Shown piece after piece: positions 1 through 13,800 of a stretch of DNA of 64,000 bases; positions within the stretch are counted from its first letter, which is position 1, and every line of letters starts with the position of its first letter. This DNA is from Chrysomallon squamiferum (taxonomy: Eukaryota > Animalia > Mollusca): the NCBI GenBank assembly GCA_012295275.1, contig CM022670.1, forward strand, positions 28,520,001 to 28,584,000. The letters run 5' to 3'. Both the position numbers and the translations under genes were made by a program. The notes under the pieces are model-generated. The model saw only the letters and a list, made by a program, of their open reading frames with translations. It was not told where the DNA came from and did no database searches.

Positions 1-253
1 GCCTGTGGTCTATAGAATTGATGAGGGTGTCAAGGAAATAAAGTAGGTGAAAATTGCTACAAATAACTGTGACAATTTGCTGGTGGTGGAGGGGTTACAA
101 AGGTCAAGTGAGTGGGTTCAAGACTTGGGGTTTCACAACTGAGAAATGTTTAAAGTGCTAGACACATTCAGCTATGAATGACATTGTTCCAGTAGACAAC
201 TGTTATAATACAGGTGTCTAGGTTGCTACAAAATATTTGGTTAATATTATGTT

Positions 254-256
<3 letters not shown>

Positions 257-314
<58 letters not shown>
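257..314. repeat. (GA)n microsatellite
   Basis: Direct reading. Confidence 0.98.
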
Positions 315-316
<2 letters not shown>

Positions 317-2397
317 TATTTAGAACTCAGAGGCAGACGAAAAACCATTTAATACTGAATAATAAAACAGAGGAAAACAAGTAAATTTGCCTTAATTGTG
401 ATGTAAAAAGTTACTGAATTTAGTCCATTGCACTAACAAGCATTTATATGCTAGTGTTAAATAAATATTGTTTCTTTGGAGTTTCTCCTACCCCCCTCCA
501 CCGGAATTGTCACTTCCTGGATAGTATTAATTTGTTTCTTTATTGTTATACAATGTTTCAAAAACAAATCCTGAATGAACTAATACTTTGTTTATGTTTT
601 ACAGTTTTTCAATCACCAACAAATTAATTTTTTACAAATAATTTTTTTTTTTTTTTTTTTTTTAAACCGTTTTAGGATAATTAAAACTGTGCTTATTTCA
701 GTTGTAGAATAATTCAGAAAAAAACTGAATACCAACTTTACAATTTTTCATACAGAAATTTTTATATAATATAATATATGTATTTTGTTTAAGTGTTTAA
801 GTTTCAAAAGTGCTGTAGTTCAAAATTATAAATCTCAACTCCTAGGAAAGAGAAGGGAATAAAGAAATTAAAATTAAAAAAATAATAATAAAGAAATAAA
901 GAAATTATTTCAGGTCTTTTATTGGTAAAAGAAGTAGATGTTCTCTTGAAGTAATGATTCTATATATTATTTCAAACACAATTAGTCTAATGTATATATA
1001 TATATATATAGATATATAAGAACTTATTTTATTTCTTGAATTGAAGTATTCCAATTTTTTTTATGGACAGGTAAAACATGAATACAGATATTGTACAAAG
1101 ATAAATATTCTGTACCTTTAATGCACCACTGAGTCATAAATAATAATGACAATACATTATTCGAGAAAAAAATTATCTTTTAAGTTTATATAACATAATA
1201 TTAAACTGTTATTTTAAAAAATGACTGGATTAGGTTTACCGATTCTGCAAAATATCATCTTTAAAAAAAAAAAAAAAAAAAAAGCCAGCCTAAACTCAAG
1301 ATATTTGTTTATTTACAACATCAACACTATCAGTACCAATAGAAGTAATATGAACAGTTTTATTTTCACACATTGATTTATCTCTGTATTCAAATCATAC
1401 TACTGCCATGTTCATTTGCATTCTTCAAACAAAACATTAAAGAAATCAGTGTCATTGTTCCAAATATTATCAGCACAATTACCAACATCATCACACTCAT
1501 CAACATCATCAGCCGTAACATTATCTGCAACATACAAGGGCTGAAATACACAACTGATTGCTCAGTCCATGACAACTCAACCAGTGACCTGGGTGACCAT
1601 CTCTGAGTTTGATACAAGTTTCACTCATTTGTGCACCTGTATATGGACACATGCAAAATTTTGGGGACAAATTCTTATTAGTTTTGAAATTATGGTTGAT
1701 CAAATGTAGAGTCGGTGGTACCATTTTTGGCACTCACAAGAATGTCACTATGTTTCACGCTATTTTTGAAATCTAATAACTTTATATATTATAAAGATAT
1801 TAAGGTGATGTTTGCTGTGTTATGTTTCCATCATTTAATGTTTATAAAATGAATGAAATTTTATCAAAATTGCAGATGCTTACTCTGGAAATGTTCTGGA
1901 CGTTGTTTTTGTTTCTTTATATTCTTTTTTTTTGTGTGGAATGACCCTAAAATTGAATTTGCCATGAAAGCAGAAACACTGGGAGTATGTGACAGAGTAT
2001 TTTTATTATTAATTAATCCACAAATGTTTGTCACAGGTGGTAATATAACAATATAGCAGGGATGCCTGCTAAATCCTTGATTACACGTGTCTTTCTTAAT
2101 GTGGCCATATATACAATTTTTCACTGTTTTAGATCTTTTCCAGCTTCACATTTTTTACCATTACTACATCTGTGTAAAATTGTTGACAGTAGATGACACT
2201 TTAAATTGGGGTATTTTAGGCATCATTATTAATAATTATTAGATTTTATCTCTATTTTTAATATCATTTTATTCCAATCACTGGACAATTGTCATGGTTT
2301 GTTGGTGGGTGCTGGGTGTTCATTTTGAATGAATTTATTTTTATTATTATAATTATATATATATATATTTTAAATACTGTTATTAAAAAAGTATTCA

Positions 2398-2439
<42 letters not shown>

Positions 2440-2874
2440 CTGAAATGCAAATTTTTCTTCTTGTGCAAGTTTAATATACTCTGAACTGAAGATCAAATTC
2501 AGTTTGTGTCTTCTGACTGAAGACGGTGATATTAATGGGATGGTCTGACTGACGAAAGCATGGATAATTTTGTTTTTCTAAAGATGGGGGCAGATGAAAA
2601 TTTGTTTATTTTTGCTGAATAATTCTATTGATGAATGTATGACAAGTAACGCATAACCTCTGTAATTCAATAACAAATAAAACTTGTAATAAACACGTGG
2701 TCTTTATTTTCATGATTTCTTTACAACTTACAAGTTACACAACCATGCATACCTTCATTTACACGCCCCGAACAATCCATTACCACTAATTAATTAGTTA
2801 ATTAATTATAAGTCATAAAGGAAAAACAAAACAAAACAAAACAAAACAACGGCGATAATAAAACAAAAACTCAC

Positions 2875-3210
2875 CTGTGCAGTCAAATTAAAAATATCAC
2901 CAGTGAATGTGTCCCTCTGCGGTTTGCGTACATCCAGGTTGAACAGACAGAGCCTAGCTAACGTAAAGAACGAAGAGTTAAGCGGCCACACTGCCGATAT
3001 GGAATTAATCATAATTCAGATTTTACACGGACAATTTCCATCTGTCACATTATTCAGGAAAATACCTCTTAATTAAACAACCACCCAACTGGAAACCACC
3101 GTTACTTTTTATTTTGTCAAGTGAAAGTTTGGTGGGAGGTGTCTGGAAGAGCCTCAATTGTCTTTTCTTTCCTCCCGCCACCGCTAATGTGATTGGCCGG
3201 AGTGACAGGT
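2875..3210 (-). promoter_or_regulatory. Probable promoter and first exon of an unidentified minus-strand gene leaving the window to the left
   Basis: Perfect CAG|GTGAGT donor at 2875/2874. CpG-richer island. GGCGGGA (E2F-like) near 3173-3179, CCAAT at 3192-3196 and TGACAG at 3203-3208. Confidence 0.5.
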
Positions 3211-3473
3211 GGTTGATTTGTTGGACTTACTGCCCACTGGTCACGGTTGTGTATACAGTGATCCACAGCAAACCTGGAATGCAGATGGCAGGACACTATA
3301 TGTCTGTTATCTGTTAAAATATTTAATTTCCAGTTTTGGAGATAATTATTGTTTCCCGACATTACATCATTCTGCATGACTGAGCTATAAAATAATTCCT
3401 TTATTAATGGTCTGTGAAATATTTTACAGTTCAGAAAGAACGAAAATATATTTTGTTTTTTCTTCTTCATATA

Positions 3474-3507
<34 letters not shown>

Positions 3508-5297
3508 TTATTTTGGGATCAGTTTGAATTATAATATTAGTTTAATTTTAACTGAATTTGTAAGTTTAGAGGATTCTTTGATCTGAGACTTTAGCTGAAA
3601 CCTTTTCCCAATTCATCACTTTGAATTTAACATCTATTACATTTATATAAATAAACAAATTAAAACGATATCAGTCTCTTTATTTAAATAAATAAATATA
3701 TAAATAAATAAATAAAATAAATAAATAAATAAATTTAAAAATTTTTAAATCTTGGAAGTTATATACATCACCATAACAATATTTATTTTTTCGGAAATCT
3801 TGTAGGTATTATAATGCTCTACACAATCACCCTACCACTGAATTATAGTCTGTTCTAAACAAAAGGTTGATGACATTATAAAATATTTTACAGATAGTTC
3901 CTGGTTTCAGCCTACATTGATAGCTGTGACATTCTGAGGGCTAGAGAAGATATATTGTAAATGTTTTGTTTTTACATGCATATAAATAATTATATATGAA
4001 CAAAATAGTAACAGATTTACATTCCTACATGGGCTCCACACACAAATTTAACAGTTTACAAATTAATACACAAGTATTTCTCACTAAGAGCAATTTTTTT
4101 ATAGATTATATTAAATTTATTGCATATGGAATATTAACTGTAATATGTGAAAGACTTACTGATCAAATCCCTTCAACATACAAACTGGATAGTTTTTTGT
4201 TTATATGTATATGCATGTGTACCTAGATTAAAATATTATATATATATATATATATATATAAAAACAATGGTTTTATTTCTGTACTTATGATAATTCATCT
4301 CAACAGGTTCATTTCTGTTATTTTTAAGGTTGTATTCAAGTTTGTCCAAAGTACATAGCCCTACACAGATGCTATGTGTTGACTCTAATTTTTTTATTTT
4401 TAATTCAGTGTTTTTTGTTGTTGTTTATTTTTTAAGTTTAAAAAAGAAGAAGAAGAAAAGAATACTGTTTCAACATAAGAGATGCTGCCAGGGTTTAAAT
4501 TTGATCATCTTCTGCTGTTACAAAACATATTGTAAAGTCTGTTTTACTTTGGGCATGGTTAAAAAATTCAGAAATTCATCCATCATTATTAATGAGTTGA
4601 CTGAAAGTATTGACAGAGGTGAAAACCTTACACCATCAGATAAAGTGTAGAAAAAGCTTTAAACAAATTAACAAATAAATGAGGCAGTGAAATATTCAAC
4701 CGTATCGACTTTCAAAACTTATTTTCACTTGGGTAAATTTGAAAGAAAAAGTGGTGTGCAATATGATATTGTATTTAGCAGACGGCTTATCTGTGGCTTA
4801 TTGTACAGGTTTCTGTGTAATACAATTAGTATGTGATACTCTACAACCTCCTTATCATCACTTCATTTACTAATTAACAAGCACTGTGTTTGAAATTTTG
4901 TGTCTGTCATAATTATCTGTGGGTTATGTTACCTGACTATCTGAACACTGCATATGGTGTGTACAATCATATGGCACTGGTACTTAAACCTTGGGTCATG
5001 GACTTAGAGATGAGGTATATACTCATTTGGTTATTTCCCCTCACAAACAAAGTTTTGAAATTGGTTTGTTGGGTCTTTAAAACCTAATTTTTTTTAAAAA
5101 TTATTATGTTATTATTATTTTTGTTGAAATATTTTCAGATGTTCATTTAAAATGAATGGAAATTAATTTTATACTTTAACACCATTGCAATTTCATAAAT
5201 TAAAACTATTAATATATAATTTTGAATCAGTTATTTGTTATGTAATGTAATGTAAAGTATTTTCTTCTCTCATTATAAGCTAATCTTAATTTATATA

Positions 5298-5328
<31 letters not shown>

Positions 5329-7519
5329 GTGTATGTATGTATGTATGTATAATATTGTATGTATATTTTCACAGCAGTTTATTGTTATTTTGATTTTTTT
5401 TTATTGTATTTATTTTGTTTAATTATTTATATTTTTAAATTCTTATAATAATTCAAAATTATTATTTTCAAAAAAAACACAAAAAAAAAACACCACTATT
5501 ATAATTTTAGGTTAATAATAAAAAGAATATTAAACACTTCAAAATATATTTAAAAAGTAACCAAAAAAAATTTAAAATAAAACCGTTCAATTTATATTTT
5601 CTCTCTTTTCTCTTAGGTATTCCATGAGTTCAATGAAATGAAAATAATTCTGAATGTAACAACGAAAGGTATAAAATCAAACACTAGACCAAGGTGATAC
5701 AGGTACAGTCTATTCTCATATCATTTGTATCTCACCCTTAGAAATTATACATTTTATCTCTGAGGTCAACAATTTGTGTGAAAAAATATAAGCATTTTTA
5801 AACAGTGTTTAAAATTACTATGGACAGTTGTCAGAATTTAAAATATAGCATCTTTCCACATAATTATACTGCTACAGGATGTATTAATTCTAAAATCAGA
5901 TAATAATTATAAACCAAAACAAATTTTATTAATATAGCTTTGGGGTAGTCCTGTGGGGTGTATTATTAGTTGCAGGATCAAACCTGCTCAGTTCTCCAGT
6001 ATGGCTGTTTCTCCACTTCAGTCTATGTTTCATTATTGCTTCATCAAAAACTGCTTCTCAGTTTTCATCTTCATGGCAAGGTGCATAGAAAAGATCACTA
6101 ATATGTAACTTTTTTTTCTTCTTTTTCCCTCATATCACTGTTATACAAGACAAACATCAGAACTCAAACAACAATTATATTAATGATAAAATATGTTGAT
6201 GTGTTTTAATTAAACATTAAATTTTATTTTAATAATTATTTGACCTGTTTCCACTGAAAGCACGTAAAGTATATTTTGGTATTTGTATTTTTATTATTAT
6301 TTTTCTTAATTGTTTTTATTCTAAATGCAGACATTATTATAGAGTAACTAATAATTATGATTGATAATTGTCATAATTTTTATATATTTTTATTTTATAT
6401 ATACATTACAGAATATCGTTTCTTGTGTTATATTTCTCAAAAACATTTATTTAATGAAAGTTGATGTAGTTTATTCATTTCATCTCTTGTGCACCTAAAC
6501 CGATTAGACAGATCTGTCAAACTTGTATATATTTTATATACATATAAATACAAGTACATACATGTCTATCCAATCTACACAAACATTTTACGTTTCTATC
6601 TTTATAAAAATCTAATGCATTTTAATTTATATTGAATAGTATCTTGACATCTATTAATTACTTTTTGTATATGTGTATGTGGTTCTGTGTGAGAAAGAGG
6701 AATATCACCAAAATGTTGTAACACTATTTTTAAAGATAAAAATTTTGGTGTTTTTCAAGCTACTTCTTTTTTTAAATTCACATTTTTCTTTTCATTTTTT
6801 AAATTTTAATTTTTTAAGCCTTTTTAAAGATTTCTTTATTTTTTAATTGCAATTATTTTTTTTTCAAGGCATTTTAAAGACTAACATTACTGAGTATTAC
6901 AATTTATTTCTATTAAACCTTCAACTGCCTGTGCATAAAATATTTATTGCATTACTTGTTACCAGACAGGCATAAATAATTTACCTCGTATTACCCCAGG
7001 TACACATCGTTATGTGGCATGTTGAATGTTCTGTAAAGGTGTTCCCATTAACTGATATTTAATCAGTATTGGCAATGGCCAGTAAAATATAAATTGATAT
7101 TTTTGTGTGTTCAGATACCAGATAAAGAAATTAATAATTTAATTATCAGCTGTGTTAGACACTACTAGAACATTAACTGCTGCAAGTATTTAATATGTCA
7201 CAGCACTTAGTCATGCAGTATTGATTGTATTTCACAGAAGAGAAGAAAAAATATAAAGATTTTAAAGAATAGTAATTTCGTGTTTATTGCCCACACATTA
7301 ACTGTATCACAAAACATTATTATTTGCAAAATTCTGACTAGCAGCATGAGTTATTGATTCGTACTGTAAGAAGTGTAATTACAAATGATTGTAAATCAGT
7401 TATTCAATTATTGTTATTTAATTGACAAAAATATTGCATTAAAAAATAACAATAGGTATTCCAGGAGCAGTTTAAGAATAGCTGGTTGATTGCCCTGTAA
7501 AAAAAGTGTCAAATTTAAT

Positions 7520-7549
7520 GATGTGTGTATGTGTATATATGCATTTGTA

Positions 7550-7581
<32 letters not shown>

Positions 7582-7612
7582 TGTTTTTATATGTAGATAG
7601 ACAGGTGAAGAG

Positions 7613-7643
<31 letters not shown>

Positions 7644-7706
7644 TGTATGTATGTATAAATGTATATATTTGTATATAATACACTTGTGTGTATGAACATG
7701 CATTTG

Positions 7707-7735
<29 letters not shown>
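7520..7735. repeat. Compound (CA)n/(TATG)n/(TG)n microsatellite
   Basis: Direct reading. Confidence 0.95.
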
Positions 7736-7737
<2 letters not shown>

Positions 7738-9139
7738 CGACCCATGGAATTTGCTTACAGTCATCTATGAGTACATTGTCATACTATATCCAGATATACA
7801 TCACAGCAACTATTTCAGACATGTAACAGTACTGTAATGTATGTAATTCTATGACTATCAGTTGCAAGAAATCTACAGGACATACTGTAATAAAGTTTAC
7901 ATCTGCATTCAAAATTTACTTGAGGCCTTGTTAACATAGAATTGACTGGTAATGGAGCTGTTTATTACACAACATTACTCAGCAGTTGAGCATGAAGAGG
8001 GCTACAGTTTCAGAAAACTGGCATAGTTAAACCAAGAGCAAACTGATGATGAAATGATGCTACCAGACAGATATAACAGTAGACGTAGTTATCTGTTTAT
8101 GTACATACCACTGTAATATAATCAGATTATTATACATGGTGCTGTGTATATTTTCATATATTTTATTCAGGTGGTGAAATGAAAAGATTGAATCCTGTCT
8201 ATTAAAATTGATTTTGTATGTATGTATGTATGTATATATAAAGTCTTTGTTGAAGTAAACTTTTAGAGGGATGAACAAAATACATTTTAGCAAGTATCTT
8301 TTTTCTTTCTCAATTTTTACTACTAATAAATTGTGATAATAATAACATTATGAAAACATTCTTAAAGAGGCACTAATGTTAATATTTTTTTCTTTGTTTT
8401 TTTATATAATTTTATATAGCGTTATATTTAAAAAGTCTATTAATATTAGATTGAGGATATCATTTAGTCAGTCCTTTTGATTGTTTCATATTTCTGTTTA
8501 TGAATCATGTCAAAAATCAAAAGCTGGGAGGATGCTTATTTATTCACATTTTTCACACTAGTAACCTCTGGTGGTTAGGATTACCAGAGCACTGATCAAA
8601 ATTTTAGATCATTGTCAGATCATTGTCAGACCCCTCTTTAAAATTCACTGGGTCTGCACCAGTACAGTTTACACAATAAGCAGTAGGCTGCATTCCTTTC
8701 ATGTGTCGCTACAAGTCTAATCATCACAGCTGGTTTCTTCTCACATGTACTTTAGTGTGATTTTCATAAAGTGACAGGGTGACATGTTTCTTGGGTAATG
8801 TGACAAATGAACTAGATTCACACTGGGAGGATGTACAGTGCTGGTGGGGGTTTGGTTTAACAGGATGGGGTGAACTGAGGGTGGGTGGTGTAGGTAACAC
8901 TTAGACATCCTTATATCATGCCTTTTGTGGATGTCGTGACATCCGACCTCACCAAAGAGTTCTGTCCAAAACATGGCATTATTATGATATTTATTATATA
9001 GCATGAAAAGTATGGCTAGTATTTTCTGATGGATGTCTAGTTTAGCCCTGTTAGATGAATGGGTGAATACATGTGGTAAAGATTTTCACAATTTTGAAGA
9101 TAAATCTTAGTTTTATTATGTGATTGTTAAATTAAAATG

Positions 9140-9310
9140 AGAGATATAGTGAAAATTTGGTTTTGTGATGTGAAAATCTGATTGATATATGATAGGAAAA
9201 TCTTGTTGTATATTGTGAAAATTTGGTTGAAGTATGATGTGAAAATGTGCTTGATGTATGTTCTGATAAAATAAAATTTATGAAAATTTGATGACCATAA
9301 GAAAATGATA
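9140..9310. repeat. Degenerate 21-24 bp minisatellite (gtgaaaatttggttga.gtatgat)
   Basis: Recurring gtgaaaat/ggaaaat anchors every 21-24 nt. Confidence 0.75.
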
Positions 9311-10079
9311 TGTTCTTTTTGATTTTCATCCTTTAATATTGGTTCTCAGAATATGCGATGCATGTTACTTAGTGACAGAAAAATTTAAATGTTTATGTAA
9401 GAGAAAAGTTGGTTGCTAGGAAAATAAAACTTTCTATCTATGTTTTCAAATATCCTGACTTATGTCATTTCCTTTTGGTGATTATGAAATTACCAACAAC
9501 ATGTGTGTAATAAAACCCATATGTAATGAGTGTGATACTGAGTTCTGGATGCAGCTGCTCATTAATATATGCCTAAGTTTAAAATGGGGAGATTAGTTTA
9601 CAGAATAAACATGGAAATTGCTGTTATTCTCAGACTTTACTAAATTATAAGCAACCTTACTAAAGAAGGATTGTTAACATTAAATTTAGAAATGAATATT
9701 AAATTCAGAAAAATAATAAACTAAATTAACTAATAATAATAAAATAAAATAAAACAAAGTAAAGCAAAAAAAAAAAACTATTAACTAATAAAATAAAGTA
9801 AAATAAAAATAAATTTAAAATAAAATAACACTCAAACACACACACACACAAACGTACTTCAACATGTTAAACAACATTATGCACTGCTGATAAAAAGCCA
9901 AAATCTCTGCCAACAAATTATCACAAATTATAACCAATACACATATGGAAACTGCACACACAGGAAATATTGATGTTAATCATGCCACTATAACAGAAAG
10001 GTCACAGCCTAATGTATGATAATTTACCATCCTAAGTGCAGTTGGTAACCCATTGCCCTGATGTCTGGTGCTTTGAGGG

Positions 10080-10530
10080 TCATACCCTGGTGTTGACTGA
10101 TATTAAAGAAATGACAGGAGAAATGTAAGTTACAATCTGATACTTTTCCATTACTAACACTCTAACACATAAACTTATGTATCCTAGTCTAGGATGATAC
10201 ACTGTAGTTTTGAGAGAACAGTATATGATGATTTTCCATAAACTGTGCTTCTAACATTCTAACCTGGGCATCCTAGAGCCTAGGTTGACACAGAGGTAAA
10301 GAGAAAAATGTAGTCAAAATATAACTGTTTTCCTTACCTAACTTCTGACCTGAATGTCCTAGTGCTGGCTCATAGTCGGAGACAACAAGAGAAACACAAG
10401 TTCAATATATAATTGTTTTCCTTAGCTAACTTTCTAACATACTAATCCAAACATTCTAGTGCTGGCACACACAGAGAAGGATATAACAAGAAAAATTACA
10501 CTTTTCTGTTTCTAACACACTAAGCTATGT
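10080..10530. repeat. Degenerate tandem repeat of about 90 bp, about 5 copies
   Basis: cctagtgctgg-like anchors at 10086, 10183, 10272, 10358 and 10455, each followed by gagaaa...ttttcc...ctaac. Confidence 0.8.
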
Positions 10531-10589
10531 CTGTTTTGAACACTAATGAACTGTTGCCTGCTGGTTACAGCTTTTCTGTGAGGTGTTAC

Positions 10590-10830
10590 GGGTTCTGGGA
10601 TCAATCCTTCTTACTGAGCTTTTTGAGTAATTTCTAGATGTAACTTTTGCATCATAGCCCATTGTATGTGCTGACTCAACTTTGTTAAAAGCTAGAGAGC
10701 TTTTCATACATTTATCTTCCATGACAACAGAACATTAATATGACTTGTTAATCCAGTTACAAGACACAGCCTGGAATGTGGTATAACGCTGTGGGTACAT
10801 TGAGAAGGATTGATCCTACCACCATTTAGA
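10590..10830. mobile_element. Two inverted, decayed SINE-like head fragments
   Basis: ggatcaatccttct (10598-10611) and its exact reverse complement agaaggattgatcc (10803-10816), with weaker similarity extending inward. Confidence 0.45.
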
Positions 10831-13800
10831 TCATTCTTCAAACCACTGATTTAAATAAACTGTAACTACCATGTAAGTTTAATCTGCATATTTCTGATAT
10901 TTTAAGTTACACTAAACAAAAAAAAAAAAAAAAAAAAAAAATCAGTCTATTTGATTACATGGATGTTTGATTTATTTCTTTCTTTTCTTTTTTCTTTCTT
11001 TTTGTACCTTTTTTTTTTTTTTTTTTTTTTTCAAACTAAAGAAAAGAAAAAAAGAACAAAAAACAATTGTGATATTTTTAGTCTCAAGCTTTTTGTGTTC
11101 ACTTTATTAGTTTTTGGTGCATATTCATTTTGTGAGTACAGGTATTTTTTCCTCCTTTTTTTTTTTTTTTTTTTTGTCCAGGAAAAGAATATTAATGAAT
11201 ATTTAATTTAAATTTTAAAAATTGAACACTTTTAAAATAATAAAAATAGCCCAAATAAAACAAATAAAATTTTAAAAAAGAAAAGGAAGGAAAGTAAGGA
11301 AAAGGAAAAAAAATCCATTAGAAAAGAAATATGAAACAAGAGAAACAAAATGCAAAATATATATATACATAAAAAACATATAATTAAATATAAGAAGATA
11401 ATAATATAAATATTTATGGTTTGTAGATGCTAAAAATCAGAGTTTTTGTAATAATGATATTAGAGATTAGTAAAAAGAAATGTTTATATGCACCTTCTCA
11501 TAAACATAATGAATCTAAAATATCATTGATTAAAATTGAGCACTGGCTCGAACTGGAAATAACCTAATGGAAGCTCTCAGTGTTGAAGTCTTGCTTTGCC
11601 TCACCTGTCTCATTATATAAAAACAATCCCTGATCTGCTTTGTAATTTTGAAATTGTAAAGTATAGACCATTACCTGTAACATATATTCCCTTTATCAAT
11701 ACCTTTCCTCTGTGGTTTATCTGGTGATGTTTATTTAGCACACATTTAAACGCAGATTTTAAATGATATTCCCTTCTGACTTATTTATATACTTTGATTT
11801 GTGAACAACCTTAAGTTATTTATTTTTTAATTTTTATAAAATAAAATAATAATAAATAGTTAAAAAAATATGAAAAGAAAAAAGATAATATTAGAAGATA
11901 AAATGAAAAGAGAATTATAATGTGTAAAGAAATATTTAAATACTAGTAGAAAGAGAAAAAATTTAATACAGTTGAATATGGAACTTCATAAAGTTGGTTA
12001 TTTTAAACACACATGTAGAGGCACACATCACATATTCACAAATATATAAAGACATTTGCAAACATCCCCCCACATACAACACACAGAAGGAATACACTGG
12101 TATGAATACTCTCTCACACATACACATAAACCACACATCTGAACACATATGCATGCTATCTCTAACATTCTTACACATATACACACATAAACAGAGCCAC
12201 TATTCTGTAAAAAACAAACGTTATCTTCTTGAAATAACTTCACATAACCTGAAATATGTAGTAATATCACTGTCATTTTGTCTTAGGAAATACATACACC
12301 TCATACCAAATATTTTCACACAATACATGAAATAGACATGAAATACACTGCTATAATGACAAACTATCGGACAAAAACAAATATACATCACAGACCACAC
12401 AAATATTAACATACTGTATACAGATTCATATCTTGTCAAAAGCTCCAACCTACCCACAAAAAGATGACCTGACTTGTCTTAAATAATTAAAGGTAAATGC
12501 TTCTTTTTTTCTTTTAAATGATAAAAATTTAAAGTATTGCCTTGAAGATTAATTTGGAATGTTAATTATTTTGTTTTTTTAAAATAATTATACTGAAGAA
12601 TTTTTACAAACCACTTTCTAAAATGTGGACTAAAAATACAGAAAGAACATTTTTATTTCCATGAATGATAAAAGATAATGGCAATAGGTAAATTAAATAT
12701 TAAAAGAAAAAATTTTTTTTTTTTTTTTTTCAGACAAAGAAATATTAAATGCTAAAGATCATACTGAAGATTTATAGATTATTATGTATGAACAAGTACT
12801 TGCAATATGGAATCTATTAAAAAATTAGAGAATGACAGGAAGGAGTGAACAGTAGAAAGAACAGAATATAAAACAACAGCAAAGTACAACATGAGAGAAA
12901 AAAATACAGGATGAGAAAGAAATGTAAAAAGTGAAGATATTTTTAAACAAATGGTAAAAGCAAAGTTCTCTGGCACTTTGCCTTGCAGTACATGCTGGAT
13001 TACGGTTTCAGAAAGCACGACTCCACTGTCTACTTAAGTGTAAAGCAATTCCAGTTCAGTCTGCTAGAAAACACATGAACAGTTTAGGAAAGAAAGGTGA
13101 AGGGGAAAAGATAATGACAGTATTTAATTAGTTCTGGATTTGGTTCTGACATTAAAGCACTTGTCTGAATTGGATTGGATTTCCTCTTCATAACACAAAA
13201 CAACAAAAACACTTTTTTTGACGCATAGTAATAACTGACATTAAAATGAGTTTACATATTGCTGAACAGTCATTCAATTTTTTTTTTTTTTCACTCCTGA
13301 ACTGATTTGTTTATTTTTTAACATTTTCACTAAATCAACTTCAAGGACAGCAATCATTGTTTTCTATGTTTTCTAAATGTTGATAATAATGTCACTCAAG
13401 CAACATCTTGTTTTATAAAAGTACTCACTGATTACATGGTCATTTAAGCAGCATGTTTCATTTTCCACTGTTTTTTAAAGTGAAAATGTTGTGGCATTAA
13501 TTTGAAAATCTTGCTTGTTGTTTATTTATTTTAACATTGTCAACATTAGCAAATAATTTCACACATTTTTAATGCCAATATTTCTGATTCTAATACTTCT
13601 TACATGAACATGATAAACTAATGAAATGCAATAGGACTATAAAAACAAATAACAACACAAGAAAACAATAATAAGAAAAGAAAAGTAAAATACATACGTA
13701 CATACATACATATATATATTGTAAGAATATTTACCATAGTTCAAAAATCTATTTTAGTCAAAGATTTATCAGTCATGATGTCTGACATTAGCATAATGGC

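Noticed and set aside
2480-2560. CTGAAGA/CTGACGA plus GAAA with small hairpins, hammerhead-like
   Set aside because: I could not build stems I-III with correct core spacing and a cleavage triplet.
5618-5702. Plus-strand exon-like segment with a strong polypyrimidine acceptor
   Set aside because: The longest frame stops before the donor and I found no partner exons. At most a lncRNA exon, which is unsupported.
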